64,000 nt of DNA from an uncultured cyanobacterium (GTDB taxonomy: Bacteria; Cyanobacteriota; Cyanobacteriia; Cyanobacteriales; Nostocaceae). Shown piece after piece: positions 8,007 through 19,771 of this stretch. The notes below the pieces were generated by a model. It had not been told where the DNA came from, did not search any database, and saw only the letters and a program-made list of their open reading frames with translations. Positions within the stretch are counted from its first letter, which is position 1. Each line of letters opens with the position of its first letter. Location of the stretch: assembly GCA_963706595.1 (NCBI GenBank), contig OY970166.1, forward strand, positions 3,424,001 through 3,488,000, given 5' to 3'. The position numbers were made by a program, and so were the translations under genes.

Positions 8007-10694
8007 GTGTGGAATCCAGGGCAGCAATTATTTGGTGGGCGCTACATCATCGAGAAATATTTAGGTGAAGGTGGAATTGGTATTACTTACCTAGCGAGAA
8101 ATCAACAAGGTAAACTACGGGTAATTAAAACCCTACGTGCAGAAATACTCAATAATCCTGCTTGGATAACAGATCAAAATAGACTCAAGCAAGAATTTAA
8201 AGAAGAAGCATTACGCCTAGCCTTATGCCGCCATCCCCACATTGTAGAAATAGAAAATGTCTTTAATCACGACGATTTACCCTGCATGGCGATGGAGTAC
8301 ATCCAAGGGGAAGATTTAAGCAAGCGTATCAGCCAAAAAGGCGCATTACCAGAAGCTGAAGCCCTGCAATACATGAAGCAAATTGGCTATGCTTTAAAAC
8401 TGGTTCATCAAAAAGGTTTGCTGCATCGGGATTTAAAACCCAGTAACATTATGATGCGTGCAGGTAAGCCAGAAGCAGTATTGATTGACTTTGGCATTGC
8501 TAAACAATTTATTCCCGGTGCAGTTTTACAACATACAGAAAGTCTTACCCCTGGCTATGCGCCACCAGAACAGTATGCACCTATAGAGGAACGGGGAGAA
8601 TATATTGATGTTTACGCCTTAGCCGCTACATTATATTCTTTGCTGACTGGAGAATTACCAATGTCAGCACCAGTCAGACTGCAAAATTTTACCATGCGAT
8701 CGCCTAAAGAGTTGAACCCCAAAATCAGCGACAGGGTAAATCAGGCAATTATGAAGGGAATGGCGCTAAATTACAAGTTTCGCCCCCAATCGGTGCAGGA
8801 GTGGTTGGATTTGTTGGATAGCAGAATCTTATTGACACAACCAGTAATATCTGACCGCCGTACACCCCTAGACTGGGAATGTGAACGCATCATCCCTGGG
8901 ATTATGGGAATCATCGCCTTTAGTCCCAAACAAGAAATACTTGCCAGTGTAGCTGGTAGTGCTATTCACTTGTTGTCCGTCGCTACAGGTAAACTAATCC
9001 GCACCCTAATTAGTCATGAAGACAAAATTAATTCCGTAGTTTTCAGTCATGATGGGCGAATGCTGGCTAGTCGTAGTAATGACAACATCATCAAACTGTG
9101 GGATGTAGCCACAGGAAAAGAAATCCGCACTCTGACTGCTGATTCCAAATCAGTTAATTCCCTAGCCTTCAGTGTAGATGGGCAAATTCTGGCTAGTGGT
9201 AATTGGGAAACAATCAAACTGTGGTCAGTAAAAACAGGCACAGAAATTCATACTCTGATTGGTCATGCCAAATTGGTTAACTCCGTTGCCTTTAGTAGTG
9301 ATGGGCGATCGCTCGCTAGTGGTAGTTATGATCACACTATTAAACTGTGGAATGTAGCCACAGGCATAGAAATTTACACCCTGGCTAGTCATTCTGAATC
9401 GGTGAATTCTCTAGCTTTCAGCAGTGATGGGCGAATACTGGCTAGTGGTAGCTGGGACAACACCATCAAACTTTGGGACGTAGCAACAGGCAATATAATT
9501 TACACCTTGACTGGTCATTCCTACTCAGTTAATTCTGTAGCCTTCAGTAGTGATGGGCGAATCTTGGCTAGTAGTAGTTGGGATAACACTATTAAACTGT
9601 GGAATGTAGCAACAGGAAAAGAAATTCGTACCCTGACTGGTCATTCCGAATCAGTTAATTCTGTAGCCTTTAGTAGTGATGGGCGAATGCTGGCTAGTGG
9701 TAGCGTGGATAACACTATCAAACTTTGGTCAGTAAAAACAGGTAAAGAAATTCACAATCTTACGGCCTCCGATGCTAAATCCATAGCCTTCAGTAGTGAT
9801 GGACTAATGCTAGCAAGTGGTATTTATGACCACACTATCAAACTGTGGTCAGTAAAAACAGGTAAAAAACTTCGCACTTTTTCTGGTCATTCCAGTTGGG
9901 TTCATTCCGTAGCCTTCAGTCAGAATGGGCAAATTTTGGCTAGTGGTAGTTATGACCACACTATCAAACTGTGGTCAGTGGCTACAGGTAGAGAACTTCA
10001 CACTCTGTCTGGTCATTCTAAATCAGTTAAATCCGTAGTATTCAGTAATAATGGCAAAATTCTGGCTAGTGCTAGTCCTGACAACACTATCAAACTATGG
10101 GAGGTGTCCACAGGGAAAGAAATTCGCTCCCTGACTATACATTTTGGCTGGGTGAAATCCGTAGCTTTCAGTAGTGAGGGGCAGTTTCTGGCTAGTGGTA
10201 TTAGGGATAACAGTATCAAACTGTGGGAAATGTCCACAGGGAAAGAAATTCGCACACTTACTGGTCATTCTAACTGGGTTTATTCCGTAGCCTTTAGTAG
10301 TGATGGACAAATTCTAGCTAGTGGTAGTTTGGATAAAACGATCAAATTATGGGAATTAGCAACAGGTAGAGAAATTTGCTCCCTGAATGCTCATTCCAAA
10401 TCTGTGAACTGTGTAGCTTTTAGTAGTGATGGACAAATTCTAGCTAGTGGTAGTCATGACAACACTATCAAACTGTGGTCAGTGGCAACAAGGAAAGAAA
10501 TTTGCTCCCTCAATCATTTTGATTCAGTTAATTCCGTCGTCTTTAGTCCCAATGGAAAATGGCTTGCTGCTGGAGATGATAGCGGAAATATCAAAATTTG
10601 GCGATGGGCAAAGCCCCGCCGAAGGCGATCGCCTTCGGTGGAACTGAGTCCTGCGGACACGCTACGCGAACGCCCATCGCCTTCCCAGGATTAA
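8007..10694 (+). CDS. Ser/Thr protein kinase with about 14 WD40 repeats
   Basis: GEGGIG, HRDLKPSN, DFG, GYAPPEQ; repeated GH...VNSVAFS.DG..LASGS.D.TIKLW. Confidence 0.95.
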   Translation: MWNPGQQLFGGRYIIEKYLGEGGIGITYLARNQQGKLRVIKTLRAEILNNPAWITDQNRLKQEFKEEALRLALCRHPHIVEIENVFNHDDLPCMAMEYIQGEDLSKRISQKGALPEAEALQYMKQIGYALKLVHQKGLLHRDLKPSNIMMRAGKPEAVLIDFGIAKQFIPGAVLQHTESLTPGYAPPEQYAPIEERGEYIDVYALAATLYSLLTGELPMSAPVRLQNFTMRSPKELNPKISDRVNQAIMKGMALNYKFRPQSVQEWLDLLDSRILLTQPVISDRRTPLDWECERIIPGIMGIIAFSPKQEILASVAGSAIHLLSVATGKLIRTLISHEDKINSVVFSHDGRMLASRSNDNIIKLWDVATGKEIRTLTADSKSVNSLAFSVDGQILASGNWETIKLWSVKTGTEIHTLIGHAKLVNSVAFSSDGRSLASGSYDHTIKLWNVATGIEIYTLASHSESVNSLAFSSDGRILASGSWDNTIKLWDVATGNIIYTLTGHSYSVNSVAFSSDGRILASSSWDNTIKLWNVATGKEIRTLTGHSESVNSVAFSSDGRMLASGSVDNTIKLWSVKTGKEIHNLTASDAKSIAFSSDGLMLASGIYDHTIKLWSVKTGKKLRTFSGHSSWVHSVAFSQNGQILASGSYDHTIKLWSVATGRELHTLSGHSKSVKSVVFSNNGKILASASPDNTIKLWEVSTGKEIRSLTIHFGWVKSVAFSSEGQFLASGIRDNSIKLWEMSTGKEIRTLTGHSNWVYSVAFSSDGQILASGSLDKTIKLWELATGREICSLNAHSKSVNCVAFSSDGQILASGSHDNTIKLWSVATRKEICSLNHFDSVNSVVFSPNGKWLAAGDDSGNIKIWRWAKPRRRRSPSVELSPADTLRERPSPSQD
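10601..10680. repeat. Small dispersed repeats inserted symmetrically around a HIP1 site inside the kinase 3' end
   Basis: GCGATGGGC...CCGAAGGCGATCGCCTTCGG...GCCCATCGC; 72 bp longer than a single HIP1 site. Confidence 0.7.
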
Positions 10695-10795
10695 CTGTTA
10701 AGAAAGTTAGGGAGCAGGCGGATTAAAGAAGCCTGCACCCTTTCCTCTTCTTTAATTGACCGTCGCCTAGTGCAAGATAAGAGTTAACTGTTTTG

Positions 10796-11695
10796 TTAAC
10801 GCTTACGGCCTTGGTGTCGGCGTTGTTGTTGTTGTTGTTGTTGGTGTTGTTGTTGGTGTTGGTGTTGGTGGGTGTTGGTGTTGGTGTTGGTGTTGGTGTT
10901 GGTGTTGGTGTTGGTGTTGGTGTTGGTGTTGGTGTCGGTTCGGTGTTGGTGTTGGTGTTGGTGTTGGTGTTGGTGTTGGTGTTGGTGTTGGTGTTGGTGT
11001 TGGTGTTGGTGTTGGTGTTGGTGTTGGTGTTGGTGTTGGTGTTGGTGTTGGTGTTGGTGTTGGTGTTGGTGTTGTTGTTGGTCGTTGTTGTTGTTGTTCG
11101 TTGTTGGTGTTGTTGTCGGCGTTGGTGTCGGTCTCGGTGTCGGTGTCGGTGTCGGTGTTGGTCGCGGCGTTGGTGTTGGTGTCGGTGTCGGTCGCGGCGT
11201 TGGTGTCGGCTCAGTGCTAGGCTGAGTTATAATTTTCCTTGCCTCTTCATTCAACATCTGGCGGAATCGCAAATTAGCAATGCCGGTTTCTTCCATCTGA
11301 AATTTTTTCTGAGCCTCCTTCACCGCCCTTTCTGTCTGAGTTCCATAGAACTGATCACGGGGTAAAGGAGTGGCTGGTTGAAGTACCGCATTCAAATTTC
11401 CTTGCAAAATTTGCACAATAGTAGCTGCAAAATCTTGGGTTTGAGGACCTGCTATACCATCAATAGTCAGCTTATAACCCCGTTGAAATTCTCTGATTGC
11501 CTTTCTCGTTTCCTCATCTGTGAGAGAGGTATTTGTTACCTTCACGTCATAGCCTAATCCCCGCAATACAGCGCGGAATTCGGCTGGCGTATAATTACGC
11601 TGACGAGCCGCAAAAGTTGTATCCGAGACTACCAGACTAGCAGTTACGAAGGTAACTGCAATTGTCATACCGGATTTTCCCAATCCACACCACAT
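10796..11695 (-). CDS. Exported peptidoglycan-binding protein with Pro-Thr tail; reading frame disturbed inside the repeat
   Basis: Signal peptide; two PG-binding-1 motifs ([34 protein letters not shown]); PT-frame end TTPTPRP* at 10803. Confidence 0.8.
   Translation of the reverse strand: MWCGLGKSGMTIAVTFVTASLVVSDTTFAARQRNYTPAEFRAVLRGLGYDVKVTNTSLTDEETRKAIREFQRGYKLTIDGIAGPQTQDFAATIVQILQGNLNAVLQPATPLPRDQFYGTQTERAVKEAQKKFQMEETGIANLRFRQMLNEEARKIITQPSTEPTPTPRPTPTPTPTPRPTPTPTPTPRPTPTPTTTPTTNNNNNDQQQHQHQHQHQHQHQHQHQHQHQHQHQHQHQHQHQHQHQHQHQHQHRTDTNTNTNTNTNTNTNTNTNTNTHQHQHQQQHQQQQQQQRRHQGRKR
10811..11209. repeat. Hexamer array (TTGGTG)n, about 400 bp, encoding the PT linker
   Basis: Directly visible, with several interruptions. 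Confidence 0.95.
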
Positions 11696-11942
11696 AATTT
11701 AAACTCCTTTTGGTTAAACCAACAATATTCAGAAGTATATAGAAATTTACAAACAAATTTCACATTAATTTAAACTTTATGTTCAAAATCATCAAGGATT
11801 GTTGATTAATGTAAATTTATGTATTTTGGCAAGGTAGACAAGAACTACACTAGCCAAATATGTCCAAATTCTCAGGCACATACAGGTAATAACTATGCAA
11901 CGAAAATAAGTGCATTTTTATGTATAAAAAAACAGAAAAATA

Positions 11943-13391
11943 ATGACTAAACGAAAATCAGCAAAACGGCAAAACCTAATCTTTGAAAGATTGATGGCAT
12001 TAATTGCCACAGTGAATTTAGGCTTAGTGTTGTTTGATTTGAGTTACGTACCTTGGCGGGATTTCTATTTGCGGAATTTTGCACAAATCACCCAAATTTA
12101 TGATCCCGTTAAGGGAATTGAAGACCATAGAGAAACGAAAAATTATTTAAACAGAATAGACGCACTCCAAGAACAGGTGAGTCAAACGAGGTTAACTTCA
12201 CCAGAGGCCAAGGCTAAATTAGAGGAACTTGAACGTCTGAGCCGCGAAATGGTTGATAGTAATCCATTTGCAGCAGTGAATAAAAGTGGTAACTTTGAAA
12301 AAGCTAAAAATCGGATGCGCGATCGCATCGGTGAAGAATCAGCAAAAGAGTCTTTTTCCCGATTTTGGAGTCCAGAATATTTATCGCCACAGCGCTGGAA
12401 CCAAGAAATTGATTTTTTTAACAGAGAAATCCGCCCTTTAATCGCCACCAACTATTTCCGCCGGATGGGTGAAAACGGCGAGCTTGTAGATAATTTTTGG
12501 CTGATTGACTTACCCTTTGTCTTGTTATTTGGTGCAGAGTTGTTGGCGCGTTCCTTTTATCTGCGCCGTCGTCACCCCAGTTTTACTTGGGTAAATGCCA
12601 TATTGTGGCGGTGGTACGACCTATTTTTTCTGTTTCCTTTTGTGCGGTGGTTACGCATCATACCCGTAATTATTCGTCTTGACCAAGCCCGGTTATTGAA
12701 TCTGCAACCGTTACAGCAGCAAATAAATCAATCCATAGTAGCTAACTTTGCCGAGGATCTCACAGAAATAGTCGTAGTTAGAGTAATTAACCAGATTCAA
12801 GGATCAATTCGTCGCGGTGATCTCACTGGCTGGCTGACGCAAAAAGAGAATTTGCGACCCTACATAGATATTAATAATACAAATGAAGTCGAAGCGATCG
12901 CCGGAATTTTGGTGCAAACATTAGTTTATCAAGTCCTACCCAAAATTCGACCAGAAATCATTGCCATTTTACGTCACAACATTGCCAATACAATCAATCA
13001 AGTCCCCGTCTACCGCAACCTCCACAATATTCCGGGGATAGGAAATATGCAAAACCAACTCAGCGAACAACTAGCAACTCAAATCACCGCCAACCTTTAC
13101 AGCGCAGTGACTGCGGCCATAGAAGATCCCGTGGGAGCAAAACTTTCCAGTCAACTGGGCGAAAGCTTCACCAAAGCCTTGGGAGAAGAGGTGCAGCAAA
13201 AACACGTACTTGACGAAATTCAAAACTTAATGTCCGACTTCCTCGAAGAAGTCAAGCTCAACTATGTCCAGCGCTTATCCCAAGAAGACATAGACCAGAT
13301 TATGGAGCAAACTAGACAGCTAAGAACAAAACCATCAGTTCAGCCCTTAGTAGATAAAAGTCCTATTCTTCCAGTCAAGAAGCAAACTTAG
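11943..13391 (+). CDS. Conserved cyanobacterial membrane protein of unknown function
   Basis: 482-aa ORF with TM segments (FDLSYVPWRDFYL, LWRWYD, RWLRIIPV). Confidence 0.8.
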   Translation: MTKRKSAKRQNLIFERLMALIATVNLGLVLFDLSYVPWRDFYLRNFAQITQIYDPVKGIEDHRETKNYLNRIDALQEQVSQTRLTSPEAKAKLEELERLSREMVDSNPFAAVNKSGNFEKAKNRMRDRIGEESAKESFSRFWSPEYLSPQRWNQEIDFFNREIRPLIATNYFRRMGENGELVDNFWLIDLPFVLLFGAELLARSFYLRRRHPSFTWVNAILWRWYDLFFLFPFVRWLRIIPVIIRLDQARLLNLQPLQQQINQSIVANFAEDLTEIVVVRVINQIQGSIRRGDLTGWLTQKENLRPYIDINNTNEVEAIAGILVQTLVYQVLPKIRPEIIAILRHNIANTINQVPVYRNLHNIPGIGNMQNQLSEQLATQITANLYSAVTAAIEDPVGAKLSSQLGESFTKALGEEVQQKHVLDEIQNLMSDFLEEVKLNYVQRLSQEDIDQIMEQTRQLRTKPSVQPLVDKSPILPVKKQT

Positions 13392-13441
13392 CGAAAGATG
13401 AAGAAGATCAGCGAAATGAGAGGGACAAGGGCAGAAAAAAT

Positions 13442-13498
13442 TGACCAATGACTAATGACTAATGACTAATGACCAATGACTATTGACTATTGACTATT
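13442..13498. repeat. STRR heptamer array (TGACTAA/TGACCAA/TGACTAT) x8
   Basis: Directly visible. Confidence 0.9.
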
Positions 13499-13580
13499 AA
13501 AGAAATGCGCTAAACTCGGAATAGAGACGAACCATTATTGATTCGTCACAAGACTTCTTGGAAGATATCCCTATCGCAGG

Positions 13581-13605
13581 AAGTGGGTCTATGCCCACTT
13601 TTTTT
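13581..13605 (+). promoter_or_regulatory. rimP leader hairpin (possible attenuator)
   Basis: AAGTGGG-tctatg-CCCACTT plus T-run just upstream of the rimP ATG. Confidence 0.6.
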
Positions 13606-13618
13606 ATTGAAATTTCGC

Positions 13619-14080
13619 ATGACTCATCCTTTAGTTCCACAAATTATCGATTTAGCGACACCAGTAGCAGCAGAACTGGGCTTGGAAGTCGTTGGCATAG
13701 TTTTCCACACTAACCAGCGCCCACCAGTATTACGGGTAGACATCCGCAATCCCCAGGATGATACTGGTTTGAATGATTGTGAGCGCATGAGTCGTGCTTT
13801 AGAAGCTTCCTTAGATGCGGCAGAGATCATTCCAGATGCTTATGTCTTGGAAGTATCCAGTCCGGGAATTTCACGACAATTAATAACAGACAGAGAGTTT
13901 ATTTCCTTCAAAGGATTTCCGATAATCGTCTCCACTTCCCAACCCTACGACGGACAACAAGAGTGGATTGGTCAGTTGATTCGCCGGGATGAAACCACTG
14001 TTTACTTAAACCAAAAAGGGCGCGCGATCGAGATTCCCCGCACCCTCATTACTAGGGTGCTGCTAGATGAGCGCCAATAG
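13619..14080 (+). CDS. rimP: Ribosome maturation factor RimP
   Basis: [10 protein letters not shown] motif; upstream of nusA; ATG at 13619. Confidence 0.95.
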   Translation: MTHPLVPQIIDLATPVAAELGLEVVGIVFHTNQRPPVLRVDIRNPQDDTGLNDCERMSRALEASLDAAEIIPDAYVLEVSSPGISRQLITDREFISFKGFPIIVSTSQPYDGQQEWIGQLIRRDETTVYLNQKGRAIEIPRTLITRVLLDERQ

Positions 14081-14276
14081 ACGAGGAACTCAGCGCTAGG
14101 GGCTAGAGACTAAGAACTAGAAGCTAAAAAAGAGGGAATAGAGTCAAACTTTTCTCTAATCTCCAGTCTTTGATGCGTGGTTTCTCACTTCTCATCCTCT
14201 TGTACAGACGTGATTAATCGCGTCTGGGCTGTTTCTGATCTCTATTTTTTAAACTCGATTTTAAAGGAGATTGCTT

Positions 14277-15554
14277 ATGTCAATGGTTAGTTTACCAGGA
14301 TTAAAAGAATTAATTGAAAGTATCAGCCGCGAGCGCAATTTACCTCGTCTAGCAGTTCAATCAGCGATTAGAGAAGCATTACTTAAAGGCTACGAACGTT
14401 ATCGTCGCGCCCAAAACTTAGAAAGAAGACTGTTTGATGAAGAATATTTTGACAATTTTGAAGTAGAACTTGATATCGAAGGAGAAGGGTTTCGTGTTCT
14501 TTCCACTAAAAGTATTGTGGAAGCAGTCGATAACACTGACCATCAGATTTCCCTAGAGGAAGTACAACAAGTTGCTCCTGAAGCCCAATTGGGAGATTCT
14601 GTAGTGCTAGATGTCACGCCAGATCAAGGTGAATTTGGTCGCATGGCAGCAATGCAAACCAAGCAAGTACTGGCGCAGAAACTCCGGGATCAACAACGCC
14701 AAATGGTGCAAGAAGAATTCCAAGACTTGGAAGGAACTGTCTTGCAAGCCAGAGTTTTGCGGTTTGAGCGACAATCGGTGATTTTGGCAGTAGCTAGTAG
14801 CTTTGGTCAGCCAGAAGTGGAAGCAGAATTACCAAAGCGAGAACAGCTACCCAATGATAATTATCGCGCAAACGCCACGTTTAAGGTATATCTCAAAAAA
14901 GTTTCCCAAGGGCAACAACGGGGACCGCAGTTATTAGTTTCTCGCGCTGATGCTGGTTTGGTAGTTTATCTATTTGCCAACGAAGTCCCAGAAATTGAGG
15001 ATGAAGTGGTCAGAATTGTTGCCGTAGCACGAGAAGCTAACCCCCCTTCCCGTTATGTCGGCCCTCGGACTAAAATTGCTGTAGATACCCTTGATCGCGA
15101 TGTAGATCCAGTTGGCGCTTGTATTGGAGCCAGGGGATCACGCATTCAGGTAGTAGTCAACGAATTACGCGGCGAAAAAATAGATGTGATTCGCTGGTCT
15201 CCAGACCCATCCACATATATTGCTAACGCCTTGAGTCCGGCACGGGTAGATGAAGTCCGCCTCATGGACCCCGAAACCCGCCAAACTCACGTACTTGTGG
15301 CTGAAGACCAACTGAGTTTAGCTATTGGTAAAGAAGGTCAAAATGTCCGGTTGGCAGCCCGGTTAACCGGTTGGAAAATCGACATTAAAGACAAAGCTAA
15401 GTACGATTATTCAGGAGAGGATACTAAATTCGCGGCGGCACGAGCCAAATATCAACCAGAGGAAGATGATCTTGAACTAGAGGAGCTAGATTATGAAAAT
15501 CAGGAACAACTAGAAGAGGAAGAGGAATCTTTTGAGACGAGTGATCAAGATTAA
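14277..15554 (+). CDS. nusA: Transcription factor NusA
   Basis: VDPVGACIGARGSR and LAIGKEGQNVRLA; AAGGAG RBS. Confidence 0.97.
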   Translation: MSMVSLPGLKELIESISRERNLPRLAVQSAIREALLKGYERYRRAQNLERRLFDEEYFDNFEVELDIEGEGFRVLSTKSIVEAVDNTDHQISLEEVQQVAPEAQLGDSVVLDVTPDQGEFGRMAAMQTKQVLAQKLRDQQRQMVQEEFQDLEGTVLQARVLRFERQSVILAVASSFGQPEVEAELPKREQLPNDNYRANATFKVYLKKVSQGQQRGPQLLVSRADAGLVVYLFANEVPEIEDEVVRIVAVAREANPPSRYVGPRTKIAVDTLDRDVDPVGACIGARGSRIQVVVNELRGEKIDVIRWSPDPSTYIANALSPARVDEVRLMDPETRQTHVLVAEDQLSLAIGKEGQNVRLAARLTGWKIDIKDKAKYDYSGEDTKFAAARAKYQPEEDDLELEELDYENQEQLEEEEESFETSDQD

Positions 15555-15702
15555 TTTATTAGTCTGATGGAGTTCTGCTACTATTGACAACATTCCTAGT
15601 CTTAATGATTACACCGAATCAATCATTCCCATGTCAGTGAAGATTGGTAAAGCCAACTTTATTTTCATCACCAGATTGCTCACCTGTAGTCAAATCAGAC
15701 CA

Positions 15703-15972
15703 ATGAAACCAAATTATCGGCGTTGTATAAGTTGCCGCAAAGTAGGCTTGAAAGAAGACTTTTGGCGGATTGTCCGCGTCTTTCCATCTGGAAAGGTACA
15801 ATTAGATCAGGGCATGGGGCGTTCTGCCTATATCTGCCCCCAAATGAGTTGCCTACAAGCAGCTCAGAAAAAAAATCGACTAGGGCGATCGCTACGTGCG
15901 TCAGTGCCAGAAACACTGTACCAAACATTGTGGCAACGTCTAGCCCAAAGCCATCCCCAAAATCAAAATTAA
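15703..15972 (+). CDS. ylxR: YlxR/DUF448 RNA-binding protein
   Basis: RRCISCR and GRSAYIC; between nusA and infB. Confidence 0.9.
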   Translation: MKPNYRRCISCRKVGLKEDFWRIVRVFPSGKVQLDQGMGRSAYICPQMSCLQAAQKKNRLGRSLRASVPETLYQTLWQRLAQSHPQNQN

Positions 15973-16390
15973 AATTAGGTAAAAAAACCTACTGGCGGTA
16001 ATCCCCAGAGGTACTTGTGCATCAAGCCGACTCTGCAATTCATGGGGTGAATGCCAAAATAGTAAATGGGTGTAGTCAGACTGCGGCTTTTTTACAAGAA
16101 GAGTAGCAGAACAATACTCCCAACAAGTTTTACTCGATTGTGTTGTGGAAGACTCAGAATCAGCAAAACAAAAAACTAAAAAATGGCAACCTGGTAGCGC
16201 TCAGGCGCACCTTGGCATCAACCATCATTCCAGGTGGGAATGCCAGAGTTAAACCGAAACATCTCTCTTTCCTGACTGGAGGCACCGGCAAAATCACCAA
16301 GGGCAACCTAAAAACAGTAATCAAAGGATGGAGATGTCGAAAACCAGGCAACCATCCGCTAAAAAACTGTAAATTAAAGGGGAAGAGTGG

Positions 16391-19300
16391 ATGAACAACG
16401 GCAAAGTTAGAATCTACGAATTATCAAAGGAATTGAATTTGGATAACAAAGAGCTATTAGCAATCTGCGACCAGCTCAACATTGCGGTCAAAAGTCATAG
16501 CAGCACTATTTCAGAATCCGAGGCAGAACGCATCCGCACAACTGCCGAAAGACTGATAGCAAGCAATGCGATGCATAAAAAAGAACAAGGTATATCCAGC
16601 CATAAGTCAAATGCATCACAGACAGGCGATCGCAATCGACCTACCCCACCTCACAAACAGCAAATTTTGGAAATCCGCAAACCCAAAATATTGAGAAATA
16701 CTACCTCCAACGCCCCAGAAGCTTCAGTTGCTCATGATAGCCAACAAGCTTCCTCGGAAGTTAATTCTACTTCAGCACCACAGCCATCCGATACACTAGT
16801 CTCACCCATGAAGCCGACGGCACCAATTCGACCTGTACCCCGGAATCAATCTGAGACCTCGCCAGAAGCTGCAAGCACACCAGCAGATCAAGTTTCTAAG
16901 ACAGAGGCACCGGAAACAATAGCTACGGGAAAACCTGAACAAGCTGGCACTGAGCGCAGCCGAAGTGCGGTTTCACCGAGACCAAAAGCGGAAAAACCCC
17001 AAAAACCGCATCTGGTCTCCCCACCAGCCCGTCCGGCGGCGGAGAATTCTCATGTAGCCGCTGAACAGCTAACTCCAGCAGAGAAACCATTACTCAAACG
17101 AGATCAAAGCAAGCCAAAGGTTGCAAAGTCAACCACAACGGATAGCCCACAGGCTCCAGTTCCAAAACAAGCTCGTCCTACCCCATCTCCAACGAGATCC
17201 GAGCCAAGAGGAAATAGACCTCCCGGACAATCACCACTGGCAGATGGGCCAAGACCCAGCCGTCCAGTACGTCCATCTGAAGTTGTAGCGGCAATGCCGA
17301 TTGCTACACCACCTAGACCCATGTCAGGCGGACAAGGAAAAGAGGATCTCAGCAATGATCGAGTTACAGCCGAACTACTTGATTTAAAACGCCCCACCCC
17401 ACCGCGTCTAGCCAAAGGGGGTAAAAAGTGGCAAGAAGAAGAAATTATTGACGAAATCAAGGAAAAGGCTGGCAAGCTAGGGGTTAAAGGCAAGCGAGTC
17501 AAACCAGTTGTTGAGGACGACTTTGAAGAAGACGATTTACTCGATGATGAGGATCAAGACTCACCAGCTACCGTCCAAGTTAGTCTTTCCATCGCCCGTC
17601 CTCCCAAACCAAAAGCAGCTCGATCTGCACAGTCACCCACTGCCGCAGTTATTAGCGCCCCCACGACTAGAAAGAAAAGATCCTTTTCTTCTCGTCGCGA
17701 CCACAACCGTCGCCAAGAAGTCGATACCAAACTAGATCGTCCAGAAAAAGTAGAGATTACAGGGCCAATGACAGTCCAAGAACTGTCTGATCTTTTGGCT
17801 GTTGCTGATACAGAGATTGTAAAAATCCTGTTCCTCAAAGGCATGGCGGTGAGCATCACCCAAAATTTAGATATTCCCACCATTAATTTGGTCGGTAAAG
17901 AGCTAGAAATTGAAATCGAAACCACCGAACGAGAAGCAGAAGCCCGCAAAGTCACAGAAATGTTGGATGTGGCAGATATGCAACTGCTCCAACGTCGTCC
18001 GCCAGTCGTGACAATTATGGGTCACGTAGACCACGGTAAGACAACTCTGCTCGATTCCATTCGCAAAACCAAAGTAGCTTCTGGTGAAGCTGGTGGTATT
18101 ACCCAGCATATTGGTGCATACCATGTGGATGTGGAACACGACGGCAAAGCACAGCAAATCGTCTTCTTAGACACTCCCGGACACGAAGCGTTTACAGCAA
18201 TGCGCGCACGGGGTGCGAGAGTCACTGACATTGCCATCTTGGTAGTAGCTGCTGATGACGGTGTTCGTCCCCAAACCATAGAAGCTATTAGCCATGCTCA
18301 AGCCGCCGAAGTCCCAATTGTTGTAGCTATCAACAAAATTGATAAAGAAGGCGCACAGCCAGACCGCGTTAAACAAGAACTGACTCAGTATGGTCTCACA
18401 CCTGAAGAATGGGGTGGTGAAACTATCATGGTTCCTGTGAGTGCTATCAAGGGTGAAAACCTCGATACTCTCTTAGAAATGATTCTGCTAGTCGCAGAAG
18501 TGGGAGAACTATCTGCTAACCCAGATCGTTCTGCTAAGGGAACAGTCATTGAGGCGCATCTGGATAAGGCTAAAGGCGCAGTTGCTACCTTGCTGATTCA
18601 GAATGGGACCCTGCACGTGGGCGATATGTTAGTAGCTGGCTCGGCATTTGGTAAAGTGCGGGCAATGGTCGATGACAGAGGCAAGAGAGTAGACATTGCT
18701 AGTCCTTCCTTTGCTGTGGAGGTACTAGGTTTAAGCGATGTGCCAGGCGCAGGCGATGACTTTGAAGTATTCGCTAATGAAAAAGAAGCCCGGACTTTAG
18801 CCGCAACTCGCGCCGACAAACAGCGTCTATCCCGCCTGTTACAAGGACGTATTACTCTGACAACTCTTTCAGCACAAGCACAAGAAGGCGAGTTAAAAGA
18901 ACTCAACTTGATCTTGAAGGGAGATGTCCAAGGTTCTGTGGAAGCCATTGTGGGATCACTCAGACAAATCCCCCAAAACGAAGTTCAAATTCGGATGCTA
19001 TTGGCTACTGCTGGAGAAATAACTGAAACAGATATTGACCTAGCCGCAGCCAGTGGAGCCGTAATTATTGGCTTCAATACCACCTTTGCCAGTGGTGCGA
19101 GACAAGCCGCCGATGAATCTGGGGTGGATGTGAGGGAATACAATATCATCTACAAACTCTTGGAAGACATCCAAGGAGCCTTAGAAGGTCTTCTGGAACC
19201 AGAGTTGGTGGAAGAACCCCTTGGTCAAACCGAAGTTCGTGCCGTCTTCCCTGTCGGTCGTGGAGCCGTTGCTGGTTGCTATGTGCAGTCGGGTAAATTG

Positions 19301-19516
19301 GTTCGCAACTGCAAAGTGCGAGTGCGTCGTTCCGGTAAGGTGGTCTACGAAGGTGTGCTTGATTCCCTCAAACGAATCAAAGAAGATGCGCGAGAAGTTA
19401 ACTCCGGTTACGAATGCGGCATCAACATTGATAAATTCCATGACTGGGTTGAAGGGGACCTGATTGAAGCCTTCCAGATGGTAACTAAGCGACGTACACT
19501 CACACTAACGAAGTAG
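16391..19516 (+). CDS. infB: Translation initiation factor IF-2
   Basis: [18 protein letters not shown]; long Pro-rich N-terminus. Confidence 0.98.
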   Translation: MNNGKVRIYELSKELNLDNKELLAICDQLNIAVKSHSSTISESEAERIRTTAERLIASNAMHKKEQGISSHKSNASQTGDRNRPTPPHKQQILEIRKPKILRNTTSNAPEASVAHDSQQASSEVNSTSAPQPSDTLVSPMKPTAPIRPVPRNQSETSPEAASTPADQVSKTEAPETIATGKPEQAGTERSRSAVSPRPKAEKPQKPHLVSPPARPAAENSHVAAEQLTPAEKPLLKRDQSKPKVAKSTTTDSPQAPVPKQARPTPSPTRSEPRGNRPPGQSPLADGPRPSRPVRPSEVVAAMPIATPPRPMSGGQGKEDLSNDRVTAELLDLKRPTPPRLAKGGKKWQEEEIIDEIKEKAGKLGVKGKRVKPVVEDDFEEDDLLDDEDQDSPATVQVSLSIARPPKPKAARSAQSPTAAVISAPTTRKKRSFSSRRDHNRRQEVDTKLDRPEKVEITGPMTVQELSDLLAVADTEIVKILFLKGMAVSITQNLDIPTINLVGKELEIEIETTEREAEARKVTEMLDVADMQLLQRRPPVVTIMGHVDHGKTTLLDSIRKTKVASGEAGGITQHIGAYHVDVEHDGKAQQIVFLDTPGHEAFTAMRARGARVTDIAILVVAADDGVRPQTIEAISHAQAAEVPIVVAINKIDKEGAQPDRVKQELTQYGLTPEEWGGETIMVPVSAIKGENLDTLLEMILLVAEVGELSANPDRSAKGTVIEAHLDKAKGAVATLLIQNGTLHVGDMLVAGSAFGKVRAMVDDRGKRVDIASPSFAVEVLGLSDVPGAGDDFEVFANEKEARTLAATRADKQRLSRLLQGRITLTTLSAQAQEGELKELNLILKGDVQGSVEAIVGSLRQIPQNEVQIRMLLATAGEITETDIDLAAASGAVIIGFNTTFASGARQAADESGVDVREYNIIYKLLEDIQGALEGLLEPELVEEPLGQTEVRAVFPVGRGAVAGCYVQSGKLVRNCKVRVRRSGKVVYEGVLDSLKRIKEDAREVNSGYECGINIDKFHDWVEGDLIEAFQMVTKRRTLTLTK

Positions 19517-19771
19517 TGTCGGTTACTAACTGCTGGGTCATGAGTAAAAATGATGAGTTTTGAGTTGAAAGGAGTTAACAACTCAAACTTCAAAACTCAT
19601 CCTCCTGCACTGGCGATGCCCGCTATGCTTACAGCATTCAGCAATGCCAGTTGCTACCCTACTAAGGGAAGCCGCCCTGGAGATAAAATCTTTTGCCGTC
19701 GCTCATGAAATCCTGATGGGAGAAAACCAGACTAACGCCGCACCAGCGTTTACAGCACTCATAAGTTTTAT

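Noticed and set aside
8900..10600. Diversity-generating retroelement target in the WD40 kinase
   Set aside because: Repeats are ordinary WD40 units; no reverse transcriptase or template repeat in the window
10793..11365. Plus-strand ORFs of poly(VL), poly(GV) and poly(CW)
   Set aside because: Antisense readings of the hexamer array of the minus-strand gene
17104..19463. Multiple antisense and alternate-frame ORFs within infB (similarly within radA, ppk1, lysS)
   Set aside because: Shadow ORFs of conserved genes with no protein-like features
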